DNA of 64,000 bases from a bacterium (GTDB taxonomy: Bacteria > Bacteroidota > Ignavibacteria > UBA10030): contig JAZDJN010000087.1 in NCBI GenBank assembly GCA_043803945.1, forward strand, positions 1-64,000, written 5' to 3'. Below, piece by piece: positions 59,781 to 64,000 of this stretch. The notes under the pieces are model-generated. The model did no database searches and was not told where the DNA came from. It worked only from the letters and a program-made list of their open reading frames with translations. Position 1 is the stretch's first letter. Every line of letters starts with the position of its first letter. Made by a program: the position numbers and the translations under genes.

Positions 59781-61004
59781 TCAACTCTGAAGAGCTTCTT
59801 CAGGGGGTGTATATTCACCTTCCCATCGTGCGATCACAACCGTTGCGAGACAATTACCAACAACATTGACCATCGTTCTCCCCATGTCCATCAATTCATC
59901 GACACCAAGAATAACAGCTACGCCTTCAATGGGAAGTCCGAACGAAGCGAGCGTTCCGGCAAGAATGACCAGTGATGCACGAGGAACACCTGCCACTCCT
60001 TTACTGGTGAGCATGAGTGTCAACACCATCATCGCCTGCTGCCCCCATGATAGTTCCACTCCTGCTGCCTGAGCGACAAACACTGCCGCGAGCGAGAGAT
60101 ACAGTGTCGTGCCATCCAGATTGAAACTGTATCCTGTCGGTATGACAAAGGAAACAATCCGCCGAGGTACACCGATTGACTCCATCGCTTCCATTGCTTT
60201 CGGCAGCGCCGCCTCTGAACTTGTCGTTGAGAAGGCAATCAATGCAGGCTCCTTCACAGCGCGAAAGAAGAGCCTCAGCGGAACCCTGGCGATAAGCGCC
60301 ACTGGAGCAAACACAAGAAGGATTAATAATGTCAGAGCAACATATAATGAAATGATCAGCAAGCCAAGGTTAATAAGTACGGACAATCCCTTGCTCCCGA
60401 CGGTGACAGCGATTGCGGCACCGACACCGATTGGTGCATATTTCATGACGATCGCGGTAAATTTAAACATGGTCTCGGCAAGTGAATCGCAGAAACCCAG
60501 CATGACAGCTCGCTTCTCCTTAGCGACCATCGCCAGTGCAAAACTGAAGATGAGTGTGAAGACAACGATCTGCAAGACTTCTCCTTCTGCAGCCGCTTGA
60601 AAAAAACTTTGTGGAACGATGTGGATCAATACTTCCGCAAAGGTCTGCTTCTTTCCTATTATCTCTCCGACATGTTCTACAGCTTTCAAGTTGACCCCAT
60701 CACCCGGCCTGATGACATTAACCACAAGAAGTCCGATTAACAGTGCAATGGTCGTAACGACTTCAAAATAGATTAACGCCTTTACCCCCATCCTGCCAAC
60801 CTGTTTCAGATTGCCATGGCCTGCAATGCCGACAACAAGCGTGGCAAAAATGAGCGGTGCAATAATCGATTTAATCAGACGAAGGAACGTCATGCTTAAT
60901 GGACGGAGCTCAACGGCGAACTCGGGCCAGAAATATCCCACAATGAGGCCTATCCCCATGCCGATAAATATCCATTGGGTGAGTGTCGGTTTATAAATCT
61001 TCAT
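59781..61004 (-). CDS. Dicarboxylate/amino acid:cation symporter (GltP/DctA family)
   Basis: AFSTTSSEAALP, GYSFNLDG, SKGVAGVP, DMGRTMVNVVGN. Confidence 0.93.
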   Translation of the reverse strand: MKIYKPTLTQWIFIGMGIGLIVGYFWPEFAVELRPLSMTFLRLIKSIIAPLIFATLVVGIAGHGNLKQVGRMGVKALIYFEVVTTIALLIGLLVVNVIRPGDGVNLKAVEHVGEIIGKKQTFAEVLIHIVPQSFFQAAAEGEVLQIVVFTLIFSFALAMVAKEKRAVMLGFCDSLAETMFKFTAIVMKYAPIGVGAAIAVTVGSKGLSVLINLGLLIISLYVALTLLILLVFAPVALIARVPLRLFFRAVKEPALIAFSTTSSEAALPKAMEAMESIGVPRRIVSFVIPTGYSFNLDGTTLYLSLAAVFVAQAAGVELSWGQQAMMVLTLMLTSKGVAGVPRASLVILAGTLASFGLPIEGVAVILGVDELMDMGRTMVNVVGNCLATVVIARWEGEYTPPEEALQS

Positions 61005-61018
61005 GCTTCAGCTCTCAC

Positions 61019-62419
61019 TCAGTTTGTTGTTGATGATTGTTTTCGGGTCCAATAGTAATAGAACGGAAGTGAAATAAGCAGCAGGACAATTCCTATCACT
61101 GCATTGCGGGTATCTTCCATCAGCGTATTATAGATAAACCATCCGGCAATCGCGACAAAGAGCAGCGTGGCATAGGGATACCCCCATGCTTTGTAGGGGC
61201 GCTCGGCATCCGGCATCTTGTACCGCAGCACGATGACACTGACTGCCGTCATAGCATAGAAGAACCAGGAGCCGAAGACAACGAAGGCCGCGATTTGATC
61301 GTAGGTTCCGCTGAGGGTGAGCAGCGCACTCCAGATTCCTAGCGTGATAATAGCAACATACGGACTTTTATAAGTCGGATGAACCTTCCCCAACGATTTC
61401 GTAACACAACCATCGGCTCCTGCGGCGTAAATCGACCGCGGGCCCCCAAGCAGCATGCCGTTGGTGGTGCCAAACGTAGAGCACATGATACCAATCACAA
61501 TGAGCGCTGCTCCGACTGGACCGACAACGCGAGCAGCAACATCCGCTGCAATACGTGTGGATCCGGCCATTTCGTTAACAGGAATAACGTAAGCATAGGC
61601 AAGATTTGCCGAGATGTAGAGAATAATGACCGCGACAGTCCCGATCAGCAGCGAGAGCGGAACATTGCGTTTTGGATTCTTGAATTCACCGGCTGTTAGT
61701 GTGACATCAATCCACCCGTCGTACGACCAGAGTGCAGAGATCATGGCGAGCCCGAATGCCGAGAGCATACCGCTCTCCCAGTGATCGGGCCACCAGGGAA
61801 GGTAATTTGAGGTGCTTCCCTTTCCCGAAAAAACAACGGCGAGGATGAGTCCCACAAGTGCTACAACTTTTGCCGTCGTGAAAATGTTCATAACCCATCC
61901 GCCGAAAATGACACCGCGCACATTGATCAGTGTGACAACCATGATGACCAGCATCGCGAAGAGCTGCACCCATCCGAAGCCGAATTCCATCGGAACACCG
62001 GCGAGTGAGAGGTGCATCGTAAAGAATTTATTTGCAGGGTCAAGCAGTGGAACGAAGTATCCCAGATACGTAATAAATGCTACCGCTATTGCCGCTGCCG
62101 ATCCCGCTTTGTTGATGAAGTAATCGTTCCAACTGAAGAGGAATCCCCAGATTCTGCCATACCCATTTTTCAGGTAGACATACGGGCCGCCTGCCTGGGG
62201 GAGCACAACACTGAGTTCCGCAAGCGTCAGCGCACCGAAGAGTGTCAGCATTCCTGCAACAATCCAGACAAGCATAATCGGACCCATTGCGTGGAGATGG
62301 CCTGCTATCGTTGCCGGTACGAGGAAAATTCCGGAACCGATGATCACACCCATATGGATGGCAATTCCTTCGCGCAATCCAAGTACGCGGAGAAGCTGAG
62401 GTTTGTTGTTGTCTGTCAT
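61019..62419 (-). CDS. APC (LAT-like) amino-acid permease
   Basis: IIGSGIF, AGGPYVYL, WSYDGW, RPYKAWGYP. Confidence 0.92.
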   Translation of the reverse strand: MTDNNKPQLLRVLGLREGIAIHMGVIIGSGIFLVPATIAGHLHAMGPIMLVWIVAGMLTLFGALTLAELSVVLPQAGGPYVYLKNGYGRIWGFLFSWNDYFINKAGSAAAIAVAFITYLGYFVPLLDPANKFFTMHLSLAGVPMEFGFGWVQLFAMLVIMVVTLINVRGVIFGGWVMNIFTTAKVVALVGLILAVVFSGKGSTSNYLPWWPDHWESGMLSAFGLAMISALWSYDGWIDVTLTAGEFKNPKRNVPLSLLIGTVAVIILYISANLAYAYVIPVNEMAGSTRIAADVAARVVGPVGAALIVIGIMCSTFGTTNGMLLGGPRSIYAAGADGCVTKSLGKVHPTYKSPYVAIITLGIWSALLTLSGTYDQIAAFVVFGSWFFYAMTAVSVIVLRYKMPDAERPYKAWGYPYATLLFVAIAGWFIYNTLMEDTRNAVIGIVLLLISLPFYYYWTRKQSSTTN

Positions 62420-62488
62420 AGAGCGGTTATCAATGAGTGTATGATGGTAAGAGGGTAAGAGTGTATGAAAAAAACAAGGCGAATAAAT

Positions 62489-62877
62489 TCATCTCACTTT
62501 CCAATATTCTGGGTGATTCATCATCGTGATCAATTTACCAATGATAAAGCTATACTCTGAAAGCAGAGTCTCTGATCGTTCGTTGTTCAGATAACAACAT
62601 TTTACTGCAAACTCAAGCCATACCTGTGTCTCAGCAGCTTCGGCATTGGCATCCGATAATTTTGATACAAATGCTGCAGGGTATATCCTTTTTGAAAAGC
62701 CTCTGCAATATTTGCACAAACAGATCGTGAGAATCGTCTGATCTGATCGACTAACGAGTAGCGTTCTTCCTTTGGAAAAGTTTTTGTTAACTCAAATATG
62801 GACATTGCGGCATCCATCGCCATTCGATATACTTCCAGTTCCCGATATCCTGAAAGGCGTTTCTTTTCTCCCACCAT
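62489..62877 (-). pseudogene. Four-helix-bundle (23S rRNA IVP-like) gene split by a 1-nt frameshift
   Basis: RELEVY..FPKEERYSLVDQIRR.SRSVCANIAEA in one frame continues as KRIYPAAFVSKLSDA.AEAAETQVWL in another; shift in the A5 run at ~62689-62693; RBS GGAGGTG. Confidence 0.85.
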
Positions 62878-63079
62878 GATTCACCTCCCTTGATGACTCA
62901 TAATTCTAGTGAGATACTACGTCTTACCCTCTTACACTCTTATCTTCCTTCTTCTCTCCCTCTCTCCCAGTCACCCATTCTCCTCGTCTCCCTTTCTCCG
63001 ACTCACCTCCCCAGATGAATTCACAACTCCGGTTGTATCACTACTTCTCACTCTTACCACTCCTACTCTCTTCCAATTC

Positions 63080-64000
63080 TCATGCTTTCTTCTTCAACAA
63101 ACTATGCCAGTATCCGTAGGAAAAATAGAAGACTAAACCGATTGCGAGCCAGATGCCAAACCGTATCCAGGTGACCCAGGGAAGCCCAAGCATCAGGTAG
63201 AGGCACATACCGATACCAAGAAGAGGAACAAGCGGAACAAGTGGAGTCTTGAAAACGCGTGGCCTGTCCGGATCTGTTCGGCGAAGAATAATAACACCGG
63301 CACAGACAAGCACAAAAGCGAAGAGTGTACCGATGTTGGTGAGTTCAACGATCTCGTTGATGTTCGCCATAGCAGCGACAACGGCAACTGCCACACCTGT
63401 CCAGATGGTGGTCAGATGAGGTGTCTGATAACGGGGATGAACTTTAGCGAAGTATTTCGGCAGCAATCCATCGCGGGACATGGAGAAGAAAATTCTTGGC
63501 TGGCCCAGTTGAAACACCAACAGGACAGCGGTCATAGAAATTACCGCACCGAGCGACACAATGCCGGCAGCCCAATCCAATCCGAGGCGTGCGAAGGCCG
63601 CTGCGAGTGGATCGGCAACACCGAGTTGATTCCATGGCTCGATCCCGGTGAGCACAAAGGCTGTCGCGACATAGATGACCGTACAAATAACAAGTGAGGT
63701 AATGATTGCAATGGGCATATCATGGCCCGGATTTTTACATTCTTCCGCAGCCGTCGAGATAGCATCGAACCCGATAAACGCAAAGAAAATTAAGCTTGCA
63801 CCGGTCCAGACACCCGCAAAACCGTTCGGCATAAATGGAGTCCAGTTCTCCGGTTTGACATACATCGCACCCACACCGATAAAAAAGAGAAGGATGACCA
63901 ATTTCAATGCCACCATCACATTATTAGCGCGTGCAGATTCTTTGATTCCGATCACCAGAATCCAGGTGACAAAGGCAACGATAGCGACTGCTAGAAAATT
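63080..64000 (-). CDS. APC (CAT-like) amino-acid permease, 5' end outside the window
   Basis: Frame is open to the window edge; GIKESA, FFAFIGFDAIST, IGTLFAF; paralog of 57427..58977. Confidence 0.9.
   Translation of the reverse strand, partial: NFLAVAIVAFVTWILVIGIKESARANNVMVALKLVILLFFIGVGAMYVKPENWTPFMPNGFAGVWTGASLIFFAFIGFDAISTAAEECKNPGHDMPIAIITSLVICTVIYVATAFVLTGIEPWNQLGVADPLAAAFARLGLDWAAGIVSLGAVISMTAVLLVFQLGQPRIFFSMSRDGLLPKYFAKVHPRYQTPHLTTIWTGVAVAVVAAMANINEIVELTNIGTLFAFVLVCAGVIILRRTDPDRPRVFKTPLVPLVPLLGIGMCLYLMLGLPWVTWIRFGIWLAIGLVFYFSYGYWHSLLKKKA

Noticed and set aside
62689-62700. Programmed -1 frameshift in the IVP-like gene
   Set aside because: Only A5G, not a canonical A_AAA_AAG heptamer; the family is normally one ORF, so an indel or sequencing error is more likely
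62489-62877. Diversity-generating retroelement (Avd-like gene)
   Set aside because: No reverse transcriptase and no TR/VR pair with adenine-specific mismatches seen in the window

Overview
A 64-kb bacterial chromosomal window. Several secreted proteins end in type IX secretion (T9SS) C-terminal domains (NYPNPFN) and a PorV-family gene is present, which suggests an Ignavibacteria-like FCB-group organism (inference). In order, the window holds: (1) two secreted arylsulfotransferase-like genes and a 5'-truncated T9SS protein; (2) a ~15.5-kb partner-switching locus with 2 STAS anti-anti-sigma genes, 1 RsbW-like kinase, five tandem membrane sensor-PP2C (SpoIIE/RsbU) phosphatases and a receiver-less OmpR-type winged-helix protein; (3) ThuA and two TPM-domain genes; (4) a six-gene TonB-receptor/PorV/lipoprotein/OB-fold T9SS-cargo locus; (5) a hybrid histidine kinase, a VPS10/BNR protein, pdhABC and a four-gene ECF transporter; (6) an IS1634-family element beside a decayed defence island, containing a DUF3800-like remnant, a convergent small structured RNA with its own promoter and terminator, and a restriction-enzyme/RecG-C fusion pseudogene; (7) an amino-acid transporter cluster interrupted by a frameshifted four-helix-bundle (IVP-like) gene. 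Intergenic DNA carries many nested palindromic REP/MITE-like elements. No rRNA, tRNA or CRISPR array was seen. The strongest leads are the expanding/contracting sensor-phosphatase array with its conserved 11-bp-phased operator, the DUF3800-associated sRNA, and the TBDR-PorV-OB-fold locus. All family assignments come from recognising motifs by eye; no database searches were run.
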